Assembly: GCA_963778115.1 (NCBI GenBank)
Contig: CAVZSV010000004.1
Coordinates: 1,056,001 to 1,120,000, forward strand
Length of the DNA: 64,000 bases
Direction: 5' to 3'
Source: an uncultured delta proteobacterium
Lineage (GTDB): Bacteria > Bdellovibrionota > FAC87 > UBA2466
Part shown: piece after piece, positions 29,606 through 39,068 of the stretch
How positions within the stretch are numbered: the first letter of the stretch is position 1
Layout: the number at the start of each line of letters is the position of its first letter
Notes under the pieces: model-generated
What the model saw: only the letters and a program-made list of their open reading frames with translations
What the model was told of the DNA's origin: nothing
Database searches by the model: none
Translations under genes and position numbers: made by a program

Positions 29606-30484
29606 TTAATATCCGTGTCTTTCCTCTTCTATCCGCGCCCACTTTGTTTGTCGTTCGAGAAGATCCAGCATCTCGCGAATCCATTTCTTGATATTGGGAT
29701 CTGTGTGAACTTTCTTCAAGGCTTCAAAGGTGTGAGTCATGCCTGAGTAGCGCTCACTTGCAAGACCTGTCCATGAACTAGAAAGGTAGTTGTTACGCAG
29801 TGACTCACGCACATCCTGTCGGTTACCGTAATTCTTCAGAATTTGTCCGACGAAACTGTTGGATTGCAAGTCAATCGGTAAATCATGAGGCACAAAGTTA
29901 GCTGCTTCGCGTGCTCGGCTTTCTACGTCTTCGGCTACCCAATCAACCAAAACTTGCGGGGGAAGATAATGTAAAGCTCCGGATAGCCATTCGCGAAGCC
30001 AAAAAGATTCATGTTCCCCTCTATTGAATCGATCTGCGATCTCGGCCCAAGTATCTTTCGGATGCTCGCTTAATAGCTGATTTAATATGCTGCTTGAAAC
30101 CGAATAGTGGCTATCAATTACTGAACCGCGGTGGCCGTAATTTTCAACGATAGATCGCATGAGCGACAAAGCGTGACGCGCACAGTTTTTCAGAAATTTT
30201 TTAGCTATTTCAGTCCAATAATGGTCACCCATTGAGTCCATGCGTTCGGATTCGTCCTCCTGCAATAGACCCGGAGCGCTCAGTAATTCCAGGGCAAGGT
30301 CGCATGGAAAAGTGACGTCGGACTTGAATCGTTCAGAGTAGAATTCAAACAACTGAAGGGCAGCCGACGCACTGGCCCTCGTTTTATCGGAAAGCACCGC
30401 ACGAATTAGCTCAGTGAATAGGTTTGGGCTTAGATTTCTAATGGTTCCGCCAAAAGAAAATGCTCTTAACGATGATGGCTGCAA
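29606..30484 (-). pseudogene. C-terminal remnant of a large helical protein (ATPase-associated/defence-like)
   Basis: Abrupt N-terminus; ends SWTGLASERY...DPNIKKWI..MLDLLERQ...EEE, a tail I associate with large NTPase-containing proteins. Confidence 0.4.
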
Positions 30485-30717
30485 TTTCTTGCTATTAAGT
30501 CACTCACGAAATCGGTAGACAAATAGGCTCGTCCTCCAGGTCGGAGTTTTTTGTAGTAGAGATTGAGCAGATTTAGTCTATCGGACGAATAGGTGAATGC
30601 GTCCATGACATCAATAATCAGATCAAAGCGTTCATTAGGGACCATGGGAAGCTTTTCTTGGACGATCCCCCTTAGCACTTCCAAACTTCCGGAGGGTCGG
30701 GCTCGTTCGCCGTTCAC
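30466..30717 (-). pseudogene. methyltransferase fragment
   Basis: FDLIIDV...LRPGGRAYL present, but SAM-binding motif I is missing. Confidence 0.5.
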
Positions 30718-30827
30718 GCTCTCGACAAGGAGCCTGGTAAATTCGACGAATTCCTCTAGGAACTGTTCTTCATCGCAGTTTGGTTTAATCCGCCAGCGTT
30801 CCGGTATTTTCCTCGGCCAAAGGCAAT

Positions 30828-31100
30828 ATGCTTCCCTACCGGTGGTATCTCGTGACCATTAAGAGGTACTGCAAGGAGTTGGGGATCCCTGTGATCGGCA
30901 CTCACGGAGTTCGACACTCTACCTCCGAGGTCTATCTGAGCCATGGTGCAAGCAAGGACGATTTAAAAACCCTCTTTGCACACTCTTCAATGTCCGTTAC
31001 CGAACGATATTTGCATGGTAAAGATACGAACTTGGAAAAAGTGTCTAATGTGATTAAGTTGTTCCCCGATGGAATCGACCCAATTGGCCGGTTCCGGTGA
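30828..31100 (+). pseudogene. C-terminal remnant of a tyrosine integrase
   Basis: GTHGVRHS...LFAHSSMSVTERYLH, clearly paralogous to the C-terminus of 31254-32420. Confidence 0.9.
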
Positions 31101-31157
31101 ATAGCAAAAAAGATACATTGCATTAAGTATCTGTAATCAGTTAGATTATCCCACTGT

Positions 31158-31233
31158 GGGGGCGTAGCTCAATTGGGAGAGCACCAGCTTTGCAAGCTGG
31201 GGGTCGAGGGTTCGATCCCCTTCGCCTCCACCA
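31158..31233 (+). tRNA. tRNA-Ala(TGC)
   Basis: 76 nt; acceptor stem GGGGGCG/CGCCTCC with G3:U70; anticodon arm CCAGC-TTTGCAA-GCTGG; TTCGATC T loop; encoded CCA. Confidence 0.98.
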
Positions 31234-31253
31234 ACACTTTCCTTTTAAATCCG

Positions 31254-32420
31254 CTAACTTGATCTCGATCGTCGAAACTGGATCACGTTAGCGGATTCGT
31301 TTTTTGGGAAACTTTGGGAAAGTTTTGCTCCACAGTTATCATTAGCAACCGGTTCTTCGGGAGGCGTTGGCTCTTTTTTAAAGAGCTTTATGCTTCCTGC
31401 GATCTCTTTCAGATGACTTCCCCGGCCATGCCGATATCGATCTGTCACACGCGACGACGAATGCACGAATAACTCTTGTAAGTCATCCGCCGTTGCCCCG
31501 TATGTCATGTAGAGTTCGGAGGTCGAGTGTCTAAGACCGTGAGTGCCAATTGCCGGGATTTTAAGTGTAGCGCAATAGCGCAACAGGGTCCTGTTGTACC
31601 ATTCGTAACGAAGAATCCCGCTGTCACTCGCAGTCACTACGTACTCACTTTTACTACTAGCTTTTGCTGTTTTCAGCATTTCTAGTAGTTCCGGTGGGAT
31701 AGTATGACTGTGCTGCTTTTTTCCCTTGGGATACTCTTTGAACCTGTCTTCCTTTCGGACGTAGCATCGAAAAATTCTAACCACGCCCTGTTCCAGATCC
31801 ACGTTGTCCCAAATGAGCGCTTGCAACTCTCCTACGCGAAGTCCCAGAAAAGCCTGTAACCAAACGCCCAAACCGTAAGGTTTATCCGCCACATAAAGCA
31901 GAAGCGTCTTAAGCTGTTCTAGTGTTAAGTGCCTCGCCTCTTTCGTAGGGACTTTTGGTCGCATGGTCCTCAAGACCGGACTATAGGAAAGCAGCATAAA
32001 GATCTCCATCGCATCTCGCGCCATCTTCCGAAGAAGTGCGTATGCGTGGAGTTGCGTCTGTTCCGACCTTCCGGCTTCCTTCATCTTGTTCAGAACATGA
32101 GAAACCATTTGAGGAGTGATTTTCTGAAGCTTCTTATCTCCCAACAAAGGAGAAATGTAGTCCAAGTACAATTGCTTTTGGTTTTCACGCCAACCTTCTG
32201 AAGCCTGGTACTTTACCGTTTCATACCACTGCTCAAAAAAACCATCGAGAGTGGGCTGTTGGGCCGAACCCAACACCGATTGTCCTCCCAGCTTTTGCGC
32301 TTTGGTTCGAGCCTCGTACAACTCGGCCTCACGCCGCTTCTTGAAGGTTTTCGTGATCCAATATCCATCCGGATCGAGCAGCTTTACCTGAAAGCTTTTT
32401 CCTCTTTCGTAGATAGGCAT
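31254..32420 (-). CDS. int: tyrosine recombinase/integrase
   Basis: GLRVGELQAL, HGLRHS, HSS...TDRY; arm-binding-like N-terminus; adjacent to tRNA. Confidence 0.95.
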   Translation of the reverse strand: MPIYERGKSFQVKLLDPDGYWITKTFKKRREAELYEARTKAQKLGGQSVLGSAQQPTLDGFFEQWYETVKYQASEGWRENQKQLYLDYISPLLGDKKLQKITPQMVSHVLNKMKEAGRSEQTQLHAYALLRKMARDAMEIFMLLSYSPVLRTMRPKVPTKEARHLTLEQLKTLLLYVADKPYGLGVWLQAFLGLRVGELQALIWDNVDLEQGVVRIFRCYVRKEDRFKEYPKGKKQHSHTIPPELLEMLKTAKASSKSEYVVTASDSGILRYEWYNRTLLRYCATLKIPAIGTHGLRHSTSELYMTYGATADDLQELFVHSSSRVTDRYRHGRGSHLKEIAGSIKLFKKEPTPPEEPVANDNCGAKLSQSFPKNESANVIQFRRSRSS

Positions 32421-32423
32421 ATC

Positions 32424-32747
32424 CTACTCCTTGGTAGAAGGAGGATTTGCGGGCTTGAATGAGAAAGACCTATTTCCTGACTTTTTTATTATAGCCTGTC
32501 TGGAGACGCAAGGAGCGCTTCGTTCTTCAGTCTTTTCAACAAATGTTGCAAGTACTTCCTCCGGTTTAAACCGAAGATGACGTCCCATCTTAATGTAGGG
32601 GATCTGTTTGCGATGCACCCAATAGTAGATCGTTTTTACAGGAACCTGTAACAGAGCGGCGAGTTCCTCAATTGAGGAAAGCATGGGCACGACGGGTGCT
32701 GGGGCTAGAATGATTTTATCAGGGCTATTGGCAGTTGCGTTAATCAC
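32424..32747 (-). CDS. excisionase-like HTH protein
   Basis: SIEELAALLQVPVKTIYYWVHRKQIPYIKMGRHLRF, directly upstream of the integrase. Confidence 0.85.
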   Translation of the reverse strand: MINATANSPDKIILAPAPVVPMLSSIEELAALLQVPVKTIYYWVHRKQIPYIKMGRHLRFKPEEVLATFVEKTEERSAPCVSRQAIIKKSGNRSFSFKPANPPSTKE

Positions 32748-32894
32748 AACACCTCCATCATCCGGCTTTGCTTGACCTCCGTGTTTTTTGCGAACGGAGG
32801 TCTGCGTATGAAAAGCAAAATACGGATGTCGATATCAATTGATTTGGTCGGTCGGAGCCGCCGAGAGCAGAAACGAGGAAAAAGAGTTTTGAAT

Positions 32895-33344
32895 TTACTT
32901 GGGGCACTTGTTCTCAGTCTCCTGGGAGGAGGCTTCCATTGGCTGACCCTTCACCCTGATCATCTTATCCGGGCCGGAAAGATATTTTTCGATGGTTGTT
33001 GGCGCCTTCTCAATTGATCTCCTCGCAGCCGAGCCCTTACCTCGGTTGCCAGTCAGGGTACTGAGAAGCTTACGAAGATTTGGCATGACATCTCCATTCG
33101 CCTTTGCGGTCTTTGCCTGTGAGACCATGGATTCGAGATAGCTGACCGGATCAAAATGATCCTCTCTAAGTCGTTCCAGACATTCGGGGAGGTACTTGCT
33201 TTCAAATTGGATCAGCGTCCATGACATTAATTCAGAGCGATTTATCCTGCCTCCCGTAAATCCCTCATTAACCCTGTTAGTCATCCTCCGAAGCGCTTCC
33301 GCTGCAGATATTGATATCCGAATTGTGATTGAATCCTTTTCCAT
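32895..33344 (-). CDS. hypothetical protein, possibly a ribbon-helix-helix-like regulator
   Basis: GGAG RBS; ITIRISISAAEALRRM...INRSELMSW. Confidence 0.55.
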   Translation of the reverse strand: MEKDSITIRISISAAEALRRMTNRVNEGFTGGRINRSELMSWTLIQFESKYLPECLERLREDHFDPVSYLESMVSQAKTAKANGDVMPNLRKLLSTLTGNRGKGSAARRSIEKAPTTIEKYLSGPDKMIRVKGQPMEASSQETENKCPK

Positions 33345-33441
33345 CTCGTTCTCCTGTTTAAAATGTAATGATTGTTTTTCCTTATATGGATTTGGTTTTT
33401 CAAAAATAAAAAACTGCCCAAGTATTGAACTTCACCGAATT

Positions 33442-33559
33442 GGCCGCTGCCGCCCTGTTTCATGTCCCCCGACCAGCTCCTGACCCCTACCGATCGAAGA
33501 GCGGGAGGGGTCAGGAGCGATCAGGGCGGGGGCAGAAGTGGAACAGGGCGGCAGCGGCC
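33442..33559. repeat. nested long inverted repeat (about 118-bp hairpin)
   Basis: GGCCGCTGCCGCCCTGTT (33442-59) pairs with 33542-59; GCTCCTGACCCCT (33476-88) pairs with 33506-18. Confidence 0.9.
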
Positions 33560-33627
33560 GTTGCGTATCAAGCACTTACCTTTCGCTGTGGGTTTTTGTT
33601 TTTTCTGGTGGGGTGAGGAATGAAGTT

Positions 33628-34434
33628 TCACCCTGCCTTTATTTCCTTTGCGATCTCGTCGAGAATTACAATCGTTCCCTCGCCCTTCCAAGGGGCTCTT
33701 AACCTTAGCTCTAGAAGGTCCTTTAGAAGGACAAAATAGAAGGCGTGTCGGTATTTCCACATCTGGACGAGGCGATCTCTACTTCTTACTTCAGCTAAGC
33801 TGTCTTCCAGAACCTTCCGAAGTGCTTCATCGCTGGCCACAAAAAAGACCACCGAAAAGTCGTCACTGATGCAAAGCTGTCTCATCATGGTTGCATATCT
33901 GACTTTGGATTTGATCGATAGTTCGAGTTCAAGTGCTACCTTAAAATGCCCTGTAGGAGTCTTCAGGTGAAAAAGAGCGTCGGGAACTTTGTAGCGTTCG
34001 TCTCTCTTTTCTTGCCTGCCGTGCTTTTTGGCCAGGGCGGCCCGTAATTCGTGTTCGGGAGTGTAGTGCGATATAAGCGGGCTTTCCTCGAATATTCGTC
34101 GTAACCGAATGAGGATCTTGTCGTGTTGGAAAGCTGTCTTATAGAGAGGTCGGATGTGGCCTTTCCCTATCCTCTTTGATCCCAGTCGTCTTATCGCAGT
34201 CAATCCTCTCCGTGAGACTTGGAATCCGACAAGGTGTCCTGAGTCGCCTACCATCGAATTTACGTATCCGCGTTGAAGCAGGAGATTTAGCCTCCGGTAG
34301 TGGTTTCGGCCTGTTCGTTCCGGCCAAAATGCATCTTTTATGACTTCTACGTCAGCGAAGCGGTTCTGATAGATGAATTCCAAGACCTTAACATCACGCT
34401 CCGTGAGATTTTCTATTCGGATCATCGCTGCCAC
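33628..34434 (-). CDS. replication-relaxation family protein
   Basis: LTERDVKVLEFI...RF, HDK, PDALF, VALELELS.KS..RY. Confidence 0.75.
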   Translation of the reverse strand: MAAMIRIENLTERDVKVLEFIYQNRFADVEVIKDAFWPERTGRNHYRRLNLLLQRGYVNSMVGDSGHLVGFQVSRRGLTAIRRLGSKRIGKGHIRPLYKTAFQHDKILIRLRRIFEESPLISHYTPEHELRAALAKKHGRQEKRDERYKVPDALFHLKTPTGHFKVALELELSIKSKVRYATMMRQLCISDDFSVVFFVASDEALRKVLEDSLAEVRSRDRLVQMWKYRHAFYFVLLKDLLELRLRAPWKGEGTIVILDEIAKEIKAG

Positions 34435-35935
34435 CTCGCCGGATCGGTAATTCGGTACTCAAAATGGCCTGGAACGAAGGTGGTGCCGCGTACTGCATCA
34501 GGAACGTATTGGACTTCGACTTTGGCGGGAATTAAAACGGGCTGTCCGGGATCACCGGCATAGGCCTATTTTGCGCCGTCTCGTCGGAAAGTCCCAGCTG
34601 CCTACCCGTTAATATGGCTCTTTCCACTTTTAGAAATGCTAAGATTTTTGCCTGATTTCCCGAGCGATTGATCTTTAGGATAAACCAGGTTCTGAAAGAT
34701 CTGTGGTAGCCCACCTTCAAGCGAGGAGTCTCATCAGGATTTGCACAGAAGGTCTCGATCATAGAAAGCGCGAGCGCAAGGTACCAAGTGTTCCTTGGTG
34801 TTCTTTGGAACTTGGCAAGGGGCGCTCGTTCCGGCCGTCCAAAGAAAATCTTGGCGACTAAAATTCCTGTGTTCTCTAAAAAGACGGATCCTCTCAAAAT
34901 ACGAGTTCCATGGAACGACCGAGGCCCTCCATAGGATCGGCGTGATAATCTGAGGGGAAAGTGTGCAAATCACAGGCCAGATGTATTCAGCTTGGAAGCA
35001 GAGGACATACTGTCTTTTGAATAGTCGAAAGCTAAAATGACGAATCTAACTGACTGTCACCATTCAGAAAGAACTGACTAAAGGCCGCTAGAAACTCTCA
35101 CGACAGTGGGATCCGGATCTCAGGGGCTTCGTCCCAAGTAACTCCACATCAAAGTCAGCCCCAACAGTCTGCGAGCGATGAACAATCTAACATGACCCAA
35201 AACTCAGTATAGGCTTCGGTTTCGTTGGAGATTATTAATCCACATCAACCGGCCGTCATCATTCACAAAGAGTTGTCCGGAATTGTTTTGGTCGGGGCAG
35301 CGGATAACTGGCTCGGAACGATAAAAATCTTTCGGAAAGTTGGAAATAAATAACCTTAATAATCGCCAAATGATGTTTCGGTGGTCTCCGTCCTCTCCGG
35401 ACTTAGATTTGAACGCCCTTCGACATGGTTCGGCATGCTGGTGGTTGTAGCTGCTATCGATGACGTATCAGCATGACTCGTTGTAGAGGCTACTGCGGAA
35501 TCGTACGCGCGTTCATTAGGGTTCAAAAACTGAGCGGGCTCGGCTTTGAGTTCCTTAGCTATACATTCATTAACGACGGGACAGTAAGGTTTGTCATAGG
35601 CTTTACCCTTTTGATTGGTCGCTTTTTCATAATATGGTTTGCATGCGACCATTTTTAACTTTGGAGCATTGGCGTCTCCCCCGGTGCAATTGAGACCTAT
35701 TGCACAAAAATTGATCCATTCCCCGGCGACTTTGGAATAGATTATCGATCCCTTTTCACCGCGAGCCTTAGGATAGGATTCGCAGGTTCGGGAATACTTG
35801 TCTGTTTCAGAAGCTCGGTGCTCCTCAAGCGCTTTAAACGGTCCTGGATAAAACCGGAATCCCGCTTCGTCCGATAAGATAGACCCCGTCTCCTCTGAAC
35901 CGCATCCTATTGCGCCTAGAGGAGAGAATATCGAC

Positions 35936-36412
35936 GTGACAACTATCGTCGGCCAACTGGCTACTCCCGGACAAAAGTTGGGTGATCTCGTTTATGACTT
36001 TGGGCAAGGATTTATACCCGTCTATTTATTGGGAATTGACGTTACCTGCGAACCGCGCGCGGGAATAATCTTAATAATGAAGGACTACCATCTCGTTGAT
36101 CGCATGAGACCAAAGACGAAGCGAATGGTCCAGTTGTACCAAATACAAAGCGTAAAGCCGATTAAGAACAAGACCTTCCTCTTTCTAGCTCATAAGAATA
36201 TGAACGAGCTTGGAACAGGGTTACTTCACATTCCAGAGGAGCTAAAGTTAGGAGAATCAGTCTTAGTTACCCGCTCAGGTAACCGAGGCGGACCGCTTCG
36301 AATCGTCGTCAGAAACAAGAAACTAGTAGCCGTCGGTGGAACGCCTCGATTGATCCTTAAGGCCGAGGAAGAGGAAAGTGAGGATAGCGAAAACTTCGGT
36401 GAAGTCGCGTGA
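35936..36412 (+). CDS. hypothetical protein
   Basis: GAGGAG RBS before GTG, 158 aa, acidic tail. Confidence 0.55.
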   Translation: MTTIVGQLATPGQKLGDLVYDFGQGFIPVYLLGIDVTCEPRAGIILIMKDYHLVDRMRPKTKRMVQLYQIQSVKPIKNKTFLFLAHKNMNELGTGLLHIPEELKLGESVLVTRSGNRGGPLRIVVRNKKLVAVGGTPRLILKAEEEESEDSENFGEVA

Positions 36413-36626
36413 GCTCAACTAACCGCGCTAACTTCGACAAGCCAATCATACTATTGGCTCAACGACATTTTGCCCGTGAAAACGCCATTCGAGTGACAAG
36501 AGCTTCCTACCATCGCATGTTAAGGAAGAGATCAGGGACGTGTCAGAACTGGAAAGAGCTGTATCAAAAGTGAGACTGTTCTCGCATATTGCAAGCGGCT
36601 CGACTCAGGCGCACGGGTATTGGACA

Positions 36627-36641
36627 CGGCATGAGCTTTGC
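36627..36641 (+). promoter_or_regulatory. sigma54-type promoter of LysM gene 1
   Basis: CGGCATGAGCTTTGC (GG-N10-GC). Confidence 0.55.
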
Positions 36642-36655
36642 TTTATACCGCTCCC

Positions 36656-37591
36656 ATGTACTCCACCGCTCTCGACCACGAGCTGTTTTACTTCGTCCAG
36701 CCCGGTGACTCTCTTTGGCGCATCGCCCAGAATCAGTTTGGGCTTAGACCTGCAAAAGAGGTAAATGGAGAGGTTCAACGGCTATTATCCTTGAATCCGC
36801 ACATCAAAGATCCGAATCGAATCTTCGCGGGAGATCTTCTGCTCCTCGGCAGTCCCGCGAGGCAGCGTACTGGCACGTCGATGTTTCCCCAAGATTTAGT
36901 CGAGGCCCAAAAAGTTTGGAGAAACACCTCTGCGGAAACCAAGGAGACGATTCGAAAAAACTTCGACATCATTGACTGGCTCTCTGATCGAAATGACGAG
37001 GCCGATTTTTTAGACAGCATTGGCCAACAAACAGCATCGGTATGGCGCTCCGTCTCTCCCTATGCCACTTCCGTTCACAGGGCAGAGCTGATTAAATTCT
37101 CTCAGGTATATGAAGAACTCCTGGTTGTTCGAAACCAAACGATAGCCCTTTTAAGTCGGTATCGACTATCGGTGGAACGAATGCCAATTTTCCTAGTTTC
37201 GGTGCGTACCAATGGTTTTTATGGGTACGCACAAAAATTGGCTCGCATGATTGAGCTAGCCGACAAGTTTCGCTTAGGTAAGATACTTCTCGCGGCAGAT
37301 ATATTACTGGAAGCGGGTAAGGTGGCGCGGGTGGCTATTCAAACCAGAGATGCAAAAACATCGTCGAGACAAGCCGCAAAAAGCACTGGCAAGGTCTTGG
37401 CTACCGTAGGCGGTGGCGTCCTCGCAGCTCGTTGGTGTAAGACGCTAGTAATGATCCATAAAGTATATGGTTCAATAGGGTGTGCGATTCTAATCGGCGT
37501 CAATATTTGGCCGGGACAAAAGTTTGGAGAAACCGTTGGTGAAACCCTATTCGATTCCGTAGATCGATTTGTTCTCCCGAGGTTACCTTAA
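36656..37591 (+). CDS. LysM-domain protein with hydrophobic toxin-like C-terminus (paralog 1)
   Basis: YFVQPGDSLWRIA...LNPHIKDPNRIFAGDLL; C-terminal Gly-rich hydrophobic hairpin with two Cys; no signal peptide. Confidence 0.8.
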   Translation: MYSTALDHELFYFVQPGDSLWRIAQNQFGLRPAKEVNGEVQRLLSLNPHIKDPNRIFAGDLLLLGSPARQRTGTSMFPQDLVEAQKVWRNTSAETKETIRKNFDIIDWLSDRNDEADFLDSIGQQTASVWRSVSPYATSVHRAELIKFSQVYEELLVVRNQTIALLSRYRLSVERMPIFLVSVRTNGFYGYAQKLARMIELADKFRLGKILLAADILLEAGKVARVAIQTRDAKTSSRQAAKSTGKVLATVGGGVLAARWCKTLVMIHKVYGSIGCAILIGVNIWPGQKFGETVGETLFDSVDRFVLPRLP

Positions 37592-37592
37592 G

Positions 37593-38012
37593 ATGCACTC
37601 GCTCCCAGATAAGCTCTTCACAGGACCTCATGCCACATTTTTCACTTTCCTCCTCGTTGGACTAGTCATGGTCTTTCTGGTCTGGCTATTACTGGCAATT
37701 CTCATAATGCCAATGATATTGAACCGCAAATTTAATCCGATCTTCGATCAAAGAGGCCGAAAGTGGGGACCTTTAAAGGGATACTCAAGTTATTGGTACG
37801 TCACTCTAAGAAGTTTGGATTACGCGACAGCAATCCTGTTCAACCGATACGCCAGAAAGGAATTCGAACTTGAGCGCGAGTTTTTCCGAAGCAAAGTCGG
37901 CAAATTCACGGTGTTTCTTTGCTGGGTCTACTGGGTTACCACTAAAGTGACGTTAACCTTCATTGCTCTAGGAATAGTTTACCAGCTACTTTACGAGCTG
38001 AAACTCATTTGA
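37593..38012 (+). CDS. small 2-TM membrane protein, candidate immunity protein
   Basis: ATG one base after the LysM gene stop; two hydrophobic segments. Confidence 0.7.
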   Translation: MHSLPDKLFTGPHATFFTFLLVGLVMVFLVWLLLAILIMPMILNRKFNPIFDQRGRKWGPLKGYSSYWYVTLRSLDYATAILFNRYARKEFELEREFFRSKVGKFTVFLCWVYWVTTKVTLTFIALGIVYQLLYELKLI

Positions 38013-38168
38013 ATCGCTAGCGACAGCGCGCGGGAACCTAGTATATCCTATAGCAAGCGGAGAACGAATTCCGAAACGCGCCTACGGAAGTTTAATATAG
38101 TTATTTCGAAGGTTGCCGCTTAACAATCACCGCTATCTGCTTGGCGTTCGGGACGAGGGATTGGATGA

Positions 38169-39035
38169 ATGATGACTTTAAAATGGGGCGTTGCTTTTCG
38201 AGCGATACAAAAAGTGTTGGAACCTACCTCGGAACTGAATAAGCGATTTCGGGAGCACATGAAGCCCTTCGTTGACCTTACGGTGCATCTCCAGAGCCGA
38301 CTTACCGAATTTAACCGCCGTATGCGTCCAGTGGCTCTCTCGCTTCCGGAGCTTGAGAAGCAGTACCGTCCTCATCTCATTGCCCTGGTTGAGGCGATGC
38401 AGAAGTTCGAGACGTTCAACGCCGGTCTCGTGGAACGTCATCAAAATGACGTACTCATGGTTCCTCCCTTCTTTGGAGAGCTTGCTACCGATGAATTTGT
38501 CGAGCTATTTCGCGATCACGAAAAACCAGCCCTTATGGTTTACAGCGAGTTCTTTTTAAAACAGGAAAACGTCGATAAGGTGCTAGCCACCTGGGGAAAG
38601 AACAGATTCTATGAAGATCGCATGCCTATTTTTCATGATGCTTTCAGTGCTCATCTAGAAGGTAAACACACTCTTTCTATTCCAGCGTTTCTTGCTCAGG
38701 TCGAGGGTATCCTCTGTGAAATTTTCGATGTCCGGGGGCACAGCAAAGTGAAGGGCAAACTCAAGAGTATCCGATTCGACACTGAGGATTCCGAAAATCT
38801 ATTTGCAAATGCAGAAATCATCTCGCGAATCATTACAGAGCAAGTATTTCTTTCATCTGACACAGACGACTCCCCAGAAACACAATATCCGAACCGCCAC
38901 CGCGTACTCCACGGAACAAATCCATTTTATTACAAAGACCCTTACGCCTCTCTTCGCTGCATTCTTCTGCTCGATCTGTTGAGATCAGACAATTTTCTAG
39001 CGCTGAATAAAAAAGATGAGACAGATCAGGGGTAG
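38169..39035 (+). CDS. HEPN-like protein (candidate defence RNase)
   Basis: SIPAFLAQVEGIL followed by NRHRVLHG (R-X4-H). Confidence 0.65.
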   Translation: MMTLKWGVAFRAIQKVLEPTSELNKRFREHMKPFVDLTVHLQSRLTEFNRRMRPVALSLPELEKQYRPHLIALVEAMQKFETFNAGLVERHQNDVLMVPPFFGELATDEFVELFRDHEKPALMVYSEFFLKQENVDKVLATWGKNRFYEDRMPIFHDAFSAHLEGKHTLSIPAFLAQVEGILCEIFDVRGHSKVKGKLKSIRFDTEDSENLFANAEIISRIITEQVFLSSDTDDSPETQYPNRHRVLHGTNPFYYKDPYASLRCILLLDLLRSDNFLALNKKDETDQG

Positions 39036-39068
39036 CGATGCCTCAAAAGATATCGTAGACGAGTCCGC

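Larger units (their letters stand above)
22021..31195. mobile_element. integrated element A (degenerate), carrying a biosynthetic cluster
   Basis: Bounded by the duplicated tRNA 5' half; integrase remnant at the right end; GGAATCGACCCA at both 22177 and 31071. Confidence 0.8.

Noticed and set aside
34532..35340. Short ORFs upstream of the relaxase-like gene
   Set aside because: No recognisable motifs or RBS; probably decayed DNA.
35356..35930. Minus-strand Cys-containing frame that stays open well upstream of ATG 35652
   Set aside because: No usable start or RBS for the longer frame; probably a truncated remnant, and no product can be assigned.
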